A stretch of 63,160 nucleotides of DNA, filler included, from Octopus bimaculoides (Eukaryota), in assembly GCF_001194135.2 (NCBI RefSeq). It is 4 parts of 4 records of this genome, joined end to end, with 100 filler letters (N's around TTAATTAATTAA, not from the genome) between each part and the next. Parts side by side here need not be neighbours in the genome. Positions count along the whole stretch, not along the records: positions 19,927 to 31,555 come from NC_069007.1; positions 31,656 to 63,160 come from NC_068991.1; 2 more parts are not named here. One strand, written 5' to 3'. Each line of letters opens with the position of its first letter. Within the stretch, counting starts at the first letter, position 1. The position numbers and the translations under genes were made by a program. Below, piece after piece: positions 27,185 to 39,895 of the stretch. The notes beneath the pieces are model-generated. The model had not been told where the DNA came from, ran no database searches, and saw nothing but the letters and a program-made list of their open reading frames with translations.

Positions 27185-27670
27185 GAACGCCTTCTTGCTG
27201 GTAATGGCGTTCATGACTATGTACACCAGTTATTGCATGAAGATTCGATGGTATTTACTGCATGGTAATATTGGTAGAAGTCGAGGTTGATTTTGTTTCG
27301 CCTTCCTCACCTGTCGTTTGATATCTTCCCTTTCCCTTCTGGTGACCTCGGATATCTTGGCTCAACCCCAGTGGATTTCAGTATCGATTTGAGTTCGTCT
27401 TTGTATCTTCGAAAAGGGCATCTCCGTGGTCTTTTCCTCTGCAATGAATTCACTGAATAAAATTCGACATGGCATCGTTGACACATTCATTGTTGCTACA
27501 TGTTCTGAACATCGAAGATGGTCGCTCAGTATCAGCGATTAAATGCTTTCACTGTTGACTCTTTCCAATATATTGTTGTTGGCCACATCGTGTTCCGATT
27601 TGATGCCGAAAATTGAACGATGCTTTTGTTGGTGAATGCGTTCTAACTTTTGGAGGTTGCGACGATATAG
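27185..27670 (-). mobile_element. RTE LINE 3' fragment
   Basis: LERIHQQKHRSIFGIK..LRCSEHVATM..RILFSEF..RYKDELKSILK, with a frameshift. Confidence 0.75.
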
Positions 27671-27963
27671 AGCTCACGTATGTATATANNNNNNNNNNNN
27701 NNNNNNNNNNNNNNNNNNNNNNNNNNNNNNNNNNNNNNNNNNNNNNNNNNNNNNNNNNNNNNNNNNNNNNNNNNNNNNNNNNNNNNNNNNNNNNNNNNNN
27801 NNNNNNNNNNNNNNNNNNNNNNNNNNNNNNNNNTATATATATATATATATATATATATACACTAGCATGCTTTTTCTTTATACACACACACGCATGCATA
27901 CATATCCAAACTATATATATATATATGTATGTGTGTAAACATATGTACATACGTGTAGGTAAG

Positions 27964-28003
<40 letters not shown>

Positions 28004-28692
28004 CAGTGACGCAGACAGACAAGCAGGCAGGCAGGCAGGCACACAGACAGACAAACAGACAGACGGATAGCCAGATAAATAGAGTGACAGACAGACAGAT
28101 GCTTACATACATACATACATGCATACATATACATACATGCATGCATACATACATACATACATACATATATATATGTATTCATATTTCTGAATTTATTACT
28201 AATTTTATGATACCTGCTGAGACTTTCAATGTAGAAAAAAAATCAGCCCTTTGAAGAAGTCTTTGCTGCCATTGTAACTCCGAGAAACACCAGAATCCAT
28301 TCTTGAACTTTTAACTTTTGTACAAGGTTCTCCTAATTATGCCATTGCAATATTTCAATGATCTTTGAATTTGTATTGTGTCACTGCAAAATTAATTACG
28401 GTAGATTTTCTTCTTTTACATTAATGCTTACTGTGGTTAAAATTGTATTTGCTCTGCTCGTGTGATATATGATTTTAAAATGGTGAACTAGTGGAAGCTT
28501 TACCGCGTCGGACAAAATGCTTTGCGGCATATCATCTGTGCGTACATTTTGAGTTCAAATGATGCCGATGTCGGCTTTGTTTGTTTGTATGTATGACTGT
28601 ACGTATTTTTGTCCCCATCATTACTTGACAACTGGTGTTGGTGTGTTTACGTCAATGTAATGTAGTGATTCTGCGAAAGAGAGCGATATAGA

Positions 28693-28858
28693 TACGAGGT
28701 GATATCAAAAAGTTCCTGGACTAGTTATGTTTAATAAGAAAAATAACTTATTTACCAAAGATTTAACATCATCTACTTCGAAATAGTAACCTTGCGCAGC
28801 AATTCACCGGTCCCAGTGTTCCTGCCACTTTTCGAATCCGGCCTGAAAGTCACTTTCA
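28693..28858 (-). mobile_element. Mariner 3'-end fragment (third family)
   Basis: TA-CGAGGTGATATCAAAAAGTTCC terminus; minus translation ESDFQAGFEKWQEHWDR*IAAQGYYFE resembles a mariner transposase C-terminus. Confidence 0.7.
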
Positions 28859-30124
28859 GTAAGAAACCAGGCTTGAAAAATATAAATATCAGGATAGATT
28901 CCTTCGACTAATATTCTTCAAGACATGGCCCATCATCGTCACAGTCGAATGACTAAAGCAAGTAGAAAAATAAGAATAAAATATTCTACTACGCGATTCT
29001 TCAAATTGCAACATATAAAGAGAATTATATTTTATAAAACTCCCCCTTTCTCCGCTGTTTGTGAAGCGAGGAGACATATGAAAGCACTTTCGTATTAGAC
29101 ATTTTCTTTTTTTTTTTACACTTTAGTATCTCTGTAGCATATTGTTGCTATTAAATTATGGTTTGATAGAATCCACCCGATGTTTCGTCTTAAGAGATTT
29201 TGCATAGTGTTCCCCCTCTATTATATATCTAACATGTATTTATTCAAAAGAATACAATTAATATGCTGATCGTCAGATTTTAATTGGGTTGTTGTCAAAT
29301 GTGCGAAAGTGTTGTTTTTTTGTGTTAAATATGCGTGTGTGTATTTGTGTCAAAAGAGGTTTATGCTATCTCTGTTGATCAGAANNNNNNNNNNNNNNNN
29401 NNNNNNNNNNNNNNNNNNNNNNNNNNNNNNNNNNNNNNNNNNNNNNNNNNNNNNNNNNNNNNNNNNNNNNNNNNNNNNNNNNNNNNNNNNNNNNNNNNNN
29501 NNNNNNNNNNNNNNNNNNNNNNNNNNNNNNNNNNNNNNNNNNNNNNNNNNNNNNNNNNNNNNNNNNNNNNNNNNNNNNNNNNNNNNNNNNNNNNNNNNNN
29601 NNNNNNNNNNNNNNNNNNNNNNNNNNNNNNNNNNNNNNNNNNNNNNNNNNNNNNNNNNNNNNNNNNNNNNNNNNNNNNNNNNNNNNNNNNNNNNNNNNNN
29701 NNNNNNNNNNNNNNNNNNNNNNNNNNNNNNNNNNNNNNNNNNNNNNNNNNNNNNNNNNNNNNNNNNNNNNNNNNNNNNNNNNNNNNNNNNNNNNNNNNNN
29801 NNNNNNNNNNNNNNNNNNNNNNNNNNNNNNNNNNNNNNNNNNNNNNNNNNNNNNNNNNNNNNNNNNNNNNNNNNNNNNNNNNNNNNNNNNNNNNNNNNNN
29901 NNNNNNNNNNNNNNNNNNNNNNNNNNNNNNNNNNNNNNNNNNNNNNNNNNNNNNNNNNNNNNNNNNNNNNNNNNNNNNNNNNNNNNNNNNNNNNNNNNNN
30001 NNNNNNNNNNNNNNNNNNNNNNNNNNNNNNNNNNNNNNNNNNNNNNNNNNNNNNNNNNNNNNNNNNNNNNNNNNNNNNNNNNNNNNNNNNNNNNNNNNNN
30101 NNNNNNNNNNNTATATAAATATAT

Positions 30125-30174
<50 letters not shown>

Positions 30175-31599
30175 GTATGTATGTATATATATTTATATAT
30201 ATGTATTTGAGCACGTGTATATGTATGTGTGTGTGAGTGTGTGTGTGTTTGTATGTGTGCGATTGTGTAGGTAGAGGAGTGTATAATTTGATTGCTTGCT
30301 GCAATGCATTGCGATTTTTCCCTGTTTATGCGTTACATTGGCAGAGACTATTCAATTGAAGGAATGTTTAATGACGAAAAATTAATATACTTCTAATTCA
30401 AAATGCGTCTTATGTTCATAAATTTTGCAACTTTCACGTTCGAAATGGAATCTATTCGCCTTGTAAATCTGTAGATCCCTTTTGGTTTATAATTGATTAC
30501 TTGCAATTTTAGGATTTTTGTAGCATGATGCTAGTACTACATAATTATTTGGTACAATCCGCCTGATGTTGCACATTAAGGGATATATAATGTGTTTATC
30601 TGTATTGCATTTAGCATGCAGTTCATTCGTATAACACAATTTGATGCGTGAATTTTTATGATTTTAATATATTTAGTGTCAAATATATGTATTTTTCTGT
30701 AGTATACCGTGAATTTTAAATTATATAAATTAGTACAACCCGCCTGGTATTGTGTGTTGAGAGATTCTTGATAGTGTATTCGTCTATTTCATATTGAGAT
30801 GCATTTGATTCTTATAAAATAACTATGTGTGGTTTGTATGTTTTATTTTTATTTTTTGTAACATAATTTGTTTCGTACAATAAATAAGATAACCAGACAA
30901 CAGGAAAAACAACGTAACGAACTAACAAATCTCATTACGAACCAACAATCAATATTCCTTGTAAACTGACCAACCGATACCTTCTGACTCCACTGCGGAC
31001 TAACACGAACTTCACTCGACTTCCAGCTCCTAACTCTCGAACTCATTCAGATCGTTAATATTAATACTTTACTCGGACCGTTCTATCTCTCGCAAGGGGG
31101 ACTCGTAACTCTCATCACAGCATGCCCCCTTTTAATATTTCGACTACTGTGAGAAAATGGAACTTCTTTTAATTTTTATTTCTTCCTTGCACCTCTCTTT
31201 CGTTTTTATTACTCTTTTGGCTGTTGTATTTTAATTGTTGCACGACTTTTAAGGTAGTACCGTTCGTTGCATACAAGACTTCTTCATTTCGTTGTACTAA
31301 ACATTCTGTTCTGTGACAGGGTGTTTAATATCACTAATTTTAAATTTCCAATTTGAATCATGTGCTTGATTGGCATGTTGTTTTATCAGCACTGGAGGCA
31401 GGAAAGGTGCAGTCAACCTCGGTGGGATTTGAACCCACAACATAAAGAACCGGAAGAAATGCCGCTAAGCATTTAGTCCGACGTTTTAGTGCATCTTCCT
31501 CCTCGCCGCTTTATTTTATATATTATTTTATACTCTAAGCACATGGCCAGAAATTNNNNNNNNNNNNNNNNNNNNNNNNNNNNNNNNNNNNNNNNNNNN

Positions 31600-31611
31600 T
31601 TAATTAATTAA
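31600..31611. other. Artificial assembly spacer TTAATTAATTAA
   Basis: Same 44N-12mer-44N layout. Confidence 0.92.
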
Positions 31612-31655
31612 NNNNNNNNNNNNNNNNNNNNNNNNNNNNNNNNNNNNNNNNNNNN

Positions 31656-32822
31656 ATGACCCTCTCCGTGACTTTCATTACCTGATGCAACAACTTGATA
31701 CCTCTGTAATTATTTGTATCTAAAGCGTCACCTTTACCTTTGTAGCAGTTGACTATGGTGCTGCTACACCAATCATTGGGTAGGACTCCTTCGTGTATCA
31801 CCTGGTTAACAATACGGGCGACTAGGCTATAGCCAACACTGCCAGATATTTTGAGGATCTCTGCAGTGATTCCTGATGGGCCGGGGGCTTTCCCTGTCTT
31901 CATACTCCTAATTGCTTTATCTACCATGGTACTGTCAACTCGGATAGCTGGTCCCTCTGTTGGGTCGACGTTCGGCAGACTCTCTTTCTCCCATTCAATC
32001 TCTTTATTGAGCAACTTTTCATAGTGGCGTCTCCAAACCTCTCTCTTTGCAGCCTCGTTTAGTGCAAGTGTACCATCATCCATGCGAACACATTTCTCTC
32101 GCACGACATCACAAATCTCTCTCACACACCGTCTTGCAACACGAAATACCTCAAGTCTTTGGTCCTCACGGTGAAAAACATTGACAAATTTTTCTTATCT
32201 GCTTCCCCTCTGGCTAAATAAACCTGTCACCTAGCTTCCCTTCTGGCAGTCTGATACAATTCCCTGCTACCACCGTTCTTCCAGTCCTTCCAATCCTGTT
32301 TCTTTTCTCTAATAGCCCTGTCAACAACATTGTTCCACCACCATGTTATTTTGAGTCCAGAGGGGACTTTGCACCATCCACAGATCAGTGGCCCTCAGCA
32401 GGTTGTTCCGTAGAAACCTCCAGTTGTCTTCTACATCGTGTGAAGCTATATCCCCTTCTACTTTGTCAAAGTCTTCGAGTAATAAGTCTCTAAATCTCTG
32501 TCCATTTGCAGGATCTTTGAGCTTCCAGACACTTCTCTTCCATGCTGGTCGTCTTCTTGGCAACCACTCAGCTCTGATCCTGAAGTCACTAACTACTAGT
32601 CTATGTTGTGGGGTACATTATTCGCCTGGGAAGGTTTTGGAATTTATAAGCAGCCATCTTTCCCTTCTCCTGGCGAGGATGTAGTCAATTTGGCTAGTGT
32701 GTCTGCCAGAATGGTAGGTGACTAGGTGACTGGCAGGTTTCCTGAAGTTAGTATTGCAAACCATAAGGTCATTTGCATCACAGAACTCCAGCAGCCTGGT
32801 TCCCTCCTCATTGCGGTTCCCT
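31656..32822 (-). mobile_element. RTE-clade LINE fragment (end of AP endonuclease to start of RT)
   Basis: NTNFRKPASHLVTYHSG..SQIDYIL and MKTGKAPGPSGITAE..YKGKGD..NYRGIKLL; disrupted and cut by the assembly spacer. Confidence 0.92.
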
Positions 32823-33070
32823 CACACAGATACAACTGTATATTCTCCTGTATGAAAATTAAGAGTCTCCTACCCTAGCCTCCCAAATCTAGGCAGAATA
32901 ATGGCAGGCTGAATAAAAGAAATATAGCATTTGCCCATAATATTGCAGTCGCAAATACATACAATAACTTTAATGACAAGGATCACACAAATGTAAAGTG
33001 TCCCTGTAACCCTAGAAATGATAACTCTTTGAACACATCTGATTCTGACAGCATAAATGTGGCTGCACCG

Positions 33071-33158
<88 letters not shown>

Positions 33159-33215
33159 ATAGTAGTAGTAGTAATAGTAGTAGTAGTAGTAATAGTAGTA
33201 GTAGTTGTAGTAGTG
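33071..33215. repeat. (CTA)n directly followed by (TAG)n microsatellite
   Basis: Seen directly. Confidence 0.95.
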
Positions 33216-33619
33216 ACAGACAACTTAGAACTATAAATAAGGGTAGAATGGGATTTTCACATATTGGTATGGGTCATGACCTCTTTGGCTAAATCAGGAT
33301 CTCGTCTTCACAAACCTGTATCCGCTGAAAGCTGTATAAACAGGCTGAATGTGATTAGTGATACTGACAAACAATCCATTTTACCATGATCCCCTGACCT
33401 GCAGCCAGTAAACTCTTGTTGTGTAATTCCTGATATTAATTATAATGTGTGGGTTGATGCACCTAATATAACAAATGATGATAACAACTCTAACAATGTA
33501 AACACAGCTTCTGATAGCAACTATAGTACCTACATAGACTTTGACAGTATGACACGTGATAATTTTATGGATGAGTATAATACCAACACGGAAGCTTGTA
33601 ATAATAATAACATGATTAC

Positions 33620-34060
33620 CAATAATAAATGTAACTGTAGAGATAGAAACTGATGTCTGATTCAGGATCGGTGTCTAGCCCCAAATGTAGTATATAAGTG
33701 TACCGTAATGATAGACATTAATACTTTCACTTATATCGCAGGTCATCAGACCTGAAAAAATGACTACACAATCATTTCTCATCTTTTAAACTCAGATATA
33801 AGGCTAATAGCACATCATTATCCATGAAGACTTGGGAACTTAAGGATAATAACATTAAGTTTGACATAATGTGGAACATAATTCATAGGGCGTAACCATA
33901 CTCCAACCACAGATATGGGTGTGGTCTGTGCTGTATGGAACTATACGAAATATTAAGGAATAAGAACAATGATAATTTAATTAATAACAAATTAGATCTT
34001 AGAGTTTCGTGCATTCACCATATCCTTCGTACTCTTAAATACTTTAAACCTTTATTATAT
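33620..34060 (+). mobile_element. Penelope-like GIY-YIG endonuclease fragment, Naiad-type
   Basis: CNCRDRN*CL...CLAPNVVYKC..TYIAG..STSLS..WELKDNNIKFDIMWNI..PYS..CGLC..LINNKLDLRVSCIH. Confidence 0.75.
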
Positions 34061-34389
34061 TTTATTTCATTTAATTATATTTCAGTATCTTATCATACCC
34101 ATTACTTCTTATCTTACACGTGCATTAACTGAATTATAAATAAAAGCTTGTTCCATACACATTACTATGTAACTGATACTGGTCCAATTTTTATCTCATT
34201 GATTTTAAAGACTGCCTTATATACTCTAAAATCTTTTATATATATTATATTTTTTATCATATTGCTATATTATTGTAGCATTTCCACATTACTCAATGTG
34301 TACTTTCATGGTATATACTCTGTAAAATACTTTATTATACTTATAAACTAATGATACTACTTTGAATTTAATGCATTTATGTTGATATT

Positions 34390-35030
34390 TCATCATCATT
34401 TAACTCCATTGTCCATGCTGGCATGGGTTGGACAGTTTGACCAGGGCTGGCAAGCTGGAAGGCTGCACCAGACTCTAGTCTGATTTGGCATGGTTTCTAC
34501 ATCTGGATGCCCTTCCTAATGCCAACCACTCCAAGAGTGTAATGGGCACTTTTATGTGCCACCAGCTAGGGTGCCATTTGTGTGACACCAGTATCTGCTA
34601 CAACTATGATTTCACTTGGCTTGATAGGTCTTCTTCTCAAGCACAGCATAATACCAAAAGTCTCAGCCATTTGTCATGCATCTGTGAGGCGCAACACTCA
34701 TAAGCTGCTTTTCATATGACACCGGCATTGGCCACCTTGCCTCTGTGAGGCCCAATACTCGAAAGATGCTTTTTATGTGCCACCAGCACTGGTGTCAGTT
34801 ACATGACACCAGCATCAGCCATGACTATGATTTCACTTGGTTTGACAGATCTTCTCAAGCATGGCATATTGTCAAAGGTCTCAGTCACTAGTCATTGTCT
34901 CTGTGAGACCCGAAATTCGAAGATCATGCTTCACCACCTCATCCCATGTCTTCCTGAGTCTACCTCTACCACAGGTTCCCTCCACAGTTAGAAATCAGCA
35001 CTTCTTTACTCAGTTGTCCTAGACCATACG
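34390..35030 (-). mobile_element. RTE 3' UTR copy
   Basis: Reverse complement of the 54900-55445 UTR, including the tandem subrepeats. Confidence 0.8.
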
Positions 35031-36290
35031 CATCAGGATATTTATGTTTTTTATATTTATATCTGATTATTTATAATCTATAATACGAAATATTTTATTT
35101 ATATATGTACTAATACCCCTTATGTTATATGCAATATGTGTAAATACTTTCTTTTATTTATATTATACACTTTAAATTCTTAATATGAATGAATCTGTGA
35201 CTATGGTCAGCCTGACCTATTTTATAAGACTCCAATCATGGCTTAAACATTGATACCATACTTTTTTCTTATATTTTCGTATATTTTGATTCATCTCATA
35301 ATGTTATACTTATTTATTGAATTATCATTATTATATATTCTATTAATATCTATTTTTTTTCCAATTCACCTTTTACTTGTACTTTATCCTATTGATTTTA
35401 CTTTATTTTATTCCATTACATCATTTTTAAGTACTTTTTAATTATTTAAAAAATTCCTATAAGATTCTTTGCATAGTCACTATTTACTACTTCCATTTTT
35501 TATTATTATTCAATTTTTTTTTAATATCCATTTGCTTTCATATACATTTTATTGTATGCTTTTTATTGTTTACTTATTTATTTAATTATTGATATGACGA
35601 CCACTCTTCTTATTTCATATCCTCTCCCCTATCAGTGTATCTTAGGCTTGCTGCTCTCTCTCTCTTTTAAGGTTTTCTAGCCTTTAAAGAGGGCATATAG
35701 AAGGCTGTTAAATAAATAACTGGTTGACCTTACCCTTTGTACTTAGCCCCAAAACCTCTTGTTGAATAGAAATAAAAGATAAAAGAAACTAACCCTATCT
35801 TAGCTGTAGAGGCTAGATGCTTTGCTATCTAATTCCTCCCCTCCCTCTGCCTATCTTCTGACTGCTTTCATTGCAATAAATCATTGTTACCCACCTACTC
35901 ATGCCTGACATCAAGTTATTTTCCCCAATAGTACTACCAAATTGAACAAACACATTCATTCTTATGACCCAGCAATAATCATAGAATCATGAAGTTGCAC
36001 AAGCTGTTGACTTTAGAATGTTTTTGAATGTTGTTATTCATGTATTCACCCAATAAAAATAGTTTTTTCTCATGATGTAATGTCTCCATTAATCAATTAA
36101 AAAACATACTGGAAACAGCTATAGTGGATTGACACATTATTCATTTGTTGTTATATATATATATATATAATGTATATACATATATATCTGGGGGTAGAGA
36201 GGTAGATTAAGGAAGGAAGAGGTGGTGAGCAGAGTGCTACTTCTAATGGCAGTGGTGCAGCCAACAAAGGGTAAAGCCAGACCAGTGCTG

Positions 36291-36916
36291 GGATCTATTT
36301 TAAAATGGGGGCGCCAGTTTTCATTTATGTTTTATGTAGTGTTTTTGGTACGGAAAGACTTTCAAACTTCGTATACTTATCTATTTTGTGTTATAGAACA
36401 GAAAAATATTTTTGTATTCGAATTTATTTCATGTAAAAAATTGTCTTATTTCGATAATTTCTAATAATCACTGACGTCTATTCAGTTGAAAACAGTTAGC
36501 GCTGTAACGGTGTATATCGTATTAATCCCCTAACCCTAACCCTAACTAGACTGTTAACCGTAACCCTAACTCGAGAATCCGAACTCTAAAATTGTTACAT
36601 ACATAGATACGCACAGCGTAATTTATTATATAAACAATATATGCGTATAAATTACGATTAAACCGGATGAAATATGTCACAGGGAATAACATTTTTATGA
36701 CCGCCCAGCAGTAACTCTCTTGAGCTGAATAGATGTCAGTGATTGGTTGAAATTACAGAAATACGACAACTTTCACATGGAATAACTTGCGAATTCCTTT
36801 TTTTTGTTAAGAAGACTAAGAGTAAAAGATGTTTTATATGACACATTCTACCAGTGTCCCAAGTTTCAAAGTGTTTCGTTAAGAAAATACTGGCACCCCC
36901 ATTTTAAAATAGATCC
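36291..36916. mobile_element. Non-autonomous TIR element (MITE) with 8-bp TSD, nested in the Gypsy RT
   Basis: 28-bp TIR GGATCTATTTTAAAATGGGGG(C/T)GCCAGT; perfect TSD CAGTGCTG at 36283-36290 and 36917-36924; internal TAACCC repeats. Confidence 0.92.
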
Positions 36917-38960
36917 CAGTGCTGGACTTTCAGGAGATGAATGGTCATGTACTGTGCCACATGGGTGGTGAGGTGACTGACGCCTGCGGTGAGACGCTGC
37001 GCATAAGGAGACAGTCGACTAAGGCAGCAATGATTGTCAACTTGAAGTCAGCATATTTGCAGCTCCATTTGAGTGACAAACTGGCAGTATCAGCTGGTGT
37101 GATACAAGGGCCAGACATATTGTCTGACTAGGCTGGGTTTCAGGCTGAATTCTGCACTGATGATCATGGCGACAGTGCTCAAATCCATCTTGGGAAAGGT
37201 GGATAGGATAAGAAGGGCCACCAATTTCTATATAGATGACATCTTAGTGGATGAGATTGTAGTGTCTACCACTGAGGCTGTAAGACATCTGAAGAAGTTC
37301 GGGTTGATTGCGAAGCTACCGGAGCCAATGGCTGGAAGAGCTGCACTGGGGCTGAAGCTTCAAAGCAACAGAACAGGCATGTTAGTGTTTTGGAGGGGGA
37401 ATTAGATCCCGAAGCTGGGTAACAATGTCAGCAGAAGAAAACTGTTCTCAATGTGCAAGAAATTAGTAGGTTACTACCTGATCGCGGGGTGGCTGCATAC
37501 AGCATGCAGTTTACACCAAGAGACAAACAGAAGGGGAGAACTGGGGTGACAAAGTGGGAGAGGGGACGGTGGCAATGATGCGGGAAATCCTAGAGAGGAC
37601 GAGAGCGGGAGACCCAGTCAGGGCGAATTGGTATGTGCCCAAATCAGATAACAGGACCATATGGTGAGATGCTAGCAGGAGAGTGATAGTAGTTGTGTTG
37701 GAAATCGGAGGTGCCGAAGTGGAGGATGTGGCCTGGCTTCGAAAAGCAGACAACTACAACCACATCAATGTTGCTGAGTTGGACACACTGCCGAAGGGGG
37801 TGAATTTGGCCTTGAAATGAGGGCTGCGTGCCATCGATATCTGGTCGGATTCGGCCACCATGCTTAGCTGGGTAGGATCAGTGATCACTGATGAGAAGAG
37901 GGTTTGAACCAAAAGGGTTGTGGAAATGTTAGTAAAGCACTGCCTAGCGGTTCTAGGAGAGCTAGTTGCCAAGTTTGGCCTGAAGCTGAAGTTTGTGCCT
38001 TCAGAGAGAAACAATGCAGACATTCTAACCAGGTAAAAAAAGGCCTGGTTAGAGGAGCCGGAATAATCAAAGCAAGGGGTAGCTGCAGTGTGTCAGTTAA
38101 ATGACTCTGAACTAAGGAGACTGCATGCCATGCATCATATGAGCATGGATAGGACCCTGTATATCACCAGGAGTATTGACATCAGTGTTACTAGATGGAG
38201 CATCCAAAAGGTGATTGGGGACTATGATAGGTGTCAATCCACTGACCCTGCTCTAGGTGTGCATGAGCAGGGAAACATTTCGGTAGAGCACAACTGGAGA
38301 TGACTGGCAGTGGACGTGGCACACTAGAGTGGGGCTCTGTGGACAAATTGCTAATGGACAACAGCACAGCGTTTCCTTCAGAGGTGCTTGAAGGAGATGT
38401 TTGACAGGTGGAAAGTATGCCACTTTTTCAGAGCAGCATATAGGCTGAGTGGAAATGGGATTGTGGAAAGACATCATCAAACAATCAAGGACATGGTGGA
38501 GAGGGGACACATCTCGCTACTGGAAGCAGTTTTCTGGTGCAACATGTCGCCCCAATCGGGAGAGGTCGAGGAGTCTGTGCCACATAGGGCAATATTCAAA
38601 TATGAATGGCGGTATCCAAGTAAACCATCAGAATGCCCTGTGGAAGAGAGAAGGCCCATCTTTATGGAAGTGAGACATGAAGTCTGGGCCAAGTTGCTAA
38701 AGGCATGCTGCACATCTCAGTGAAATAGAGGAATAGTGATGGCTGTCAATTCCAAAAACATTTGTGGATGGAACGCCACATCACATCATAGATGTTCTTC
38801 GGATTGTCGCTTTCTTGGATGATGATTGTGAAGCGGAGGAAGAAGAGAACAAGGTTCTCAGCTTGAGAAGATCGCAATATGCAAAGCACACACCAAGAGT
38901 GGATGGTAGATTTTGACAAAGAGTAAAGTGAGGAGGTGATCTTTGAGATCAGTGGGGGCA

Positions 38961-39280
38961 TGTGGGGATGAGCCAGAGGAAGAGGGTCATGATGTCAATG
39001 ATCAAGGGGCTGACTGGAAGAGGAAGCGCGAAAGGGGAAGTGGGGACAGAAGGGTGAGCATCAGCCTCTTTTACCCCTTTGGAGGCATCGTGGACGGACG
39101 TTACTGAAGTCGCTCTCAAGTTTGGTCATAGCAGCTGCTTATACTGGGTGACAGGAGTAGATCAGGATCGTCGGAGAGATTATTGCTAGACAGGCATTGA
39201 TGAGAAGAAGATAGGTGAACCTCTTTCTATTTTCCCATGCACGAGAATATACAGACACACAAACATATATATACACAACA
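38961..39280 (+). repeat. Probable 3' LTR of the Gypsy element
   Basis: Purine-rich tract AGTGGGGG just before TGTGGGGATG; candidate end ..ACACAACA. No 5' LTR is available for comparison. Confidence 0.5.
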
Positions 39281-39282
39281 AT

Positions 39283-39600
39283 AACTGGCACTCTATTAGT
39301 TACGACAATGAGGGTTCCAATTGATCTGATCAACAGAACAGCCTGCTAGTGAAATTAACATGCAAGTGGTTGAGCACACCACAGACACATGCACCCTTAA
39401 CATAGTTCTCAGGGAGATTTAGTGTGAAATAAAATGTGACTAGTTTGGCCCTTCGAAAACCAGGTACTACTCATTTTTGCCAGCTGAGTGAACTGGAGCA
39501 ATGTAAAATAAAGTGTCTTGCTCAGGGACACAACACACCACCAGGAACCAAAGTCATAGCCTTATGATTATAAGCCAAATATCCTAACCACTTTACCTTA
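39283..39600 (+). mobile_element. SINE fragment carrying a Nin/Deu-like conserved core
   Basis: tggcactc..gagggttccaattgatctgatcaacagaacagcctgctagtgaaattaac.. resembles the Nin-domain SINE core as I recall it. Confidence 0.65.
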
Positions 39601-39895
39601 TGTATACACACACACATACACGTATCATTAGAGAAAGACAATCTGCTTTTACGTGGCACTGTTAGAGGAGGAAGAACTGAGGCCCAACCCAGGCCAACAT
39701 GAGACATGGACACTAAATGATGATGAGGAGGATGTGTTACACTCTGATTGATCAGTTATAGATGTACTGGATGCTTCCCGCTGGAATGATCACATGCCAT
39801 GGAAAACAGAGATGGGTCAAATGAATGTAGGCAAGTTCGATATGATGATAATTATGAAGCCAAAAGAAGACTAAATGAAAAGAACTTTAACTCAC

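Larger units (their letters stand above)
36188..39280 (+). mobile_element. 5'-truncated, decayed Gypsy-type LTR retrotransposon (RT-RNaseH-integrase)
   Basis: RT: MAVVQPTKGKARPVL|DFQE..LKSAYLQ..YIDD; RNase H-like segment NHINVAELD; integrase SGNGIVERHHQTIK; many stops and frameshifts. Domain order RT-RH-IN. Confidence 0.88.

Noticed and set aside
28213-28384. Minus-strand segment with good acceptor and donor
   Set aside because: All three frames contain stops; nothing supports it beyond splice-like motifs.
30421-30460. Minus-strand ANRFHFER, resembling the expected next VPS54 exon (..NRFHEERK)
   Set aside because: Lacks four expected residues, has a weak AAG acceptor without a pyrimidine tract, diverges immediately and hits a stop.
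30857-31119. TG...CA-bounded 263-bp segment, possible solo LTR
   Set aside because: No target-site duplication (ttttt versus gcatg) and no second copy in the window.
33645-33790. In-frame TGA codons in the Naiad-like fragment as selenocysteine; CTGATGA..GAAA on the minus strand as a hammerhead
   Set aside because: The TGAs are not at conserved Cys positions and accompany frameshifts. The motif lies antisense within endonuclease coding sequence and lacks a proper stem II.
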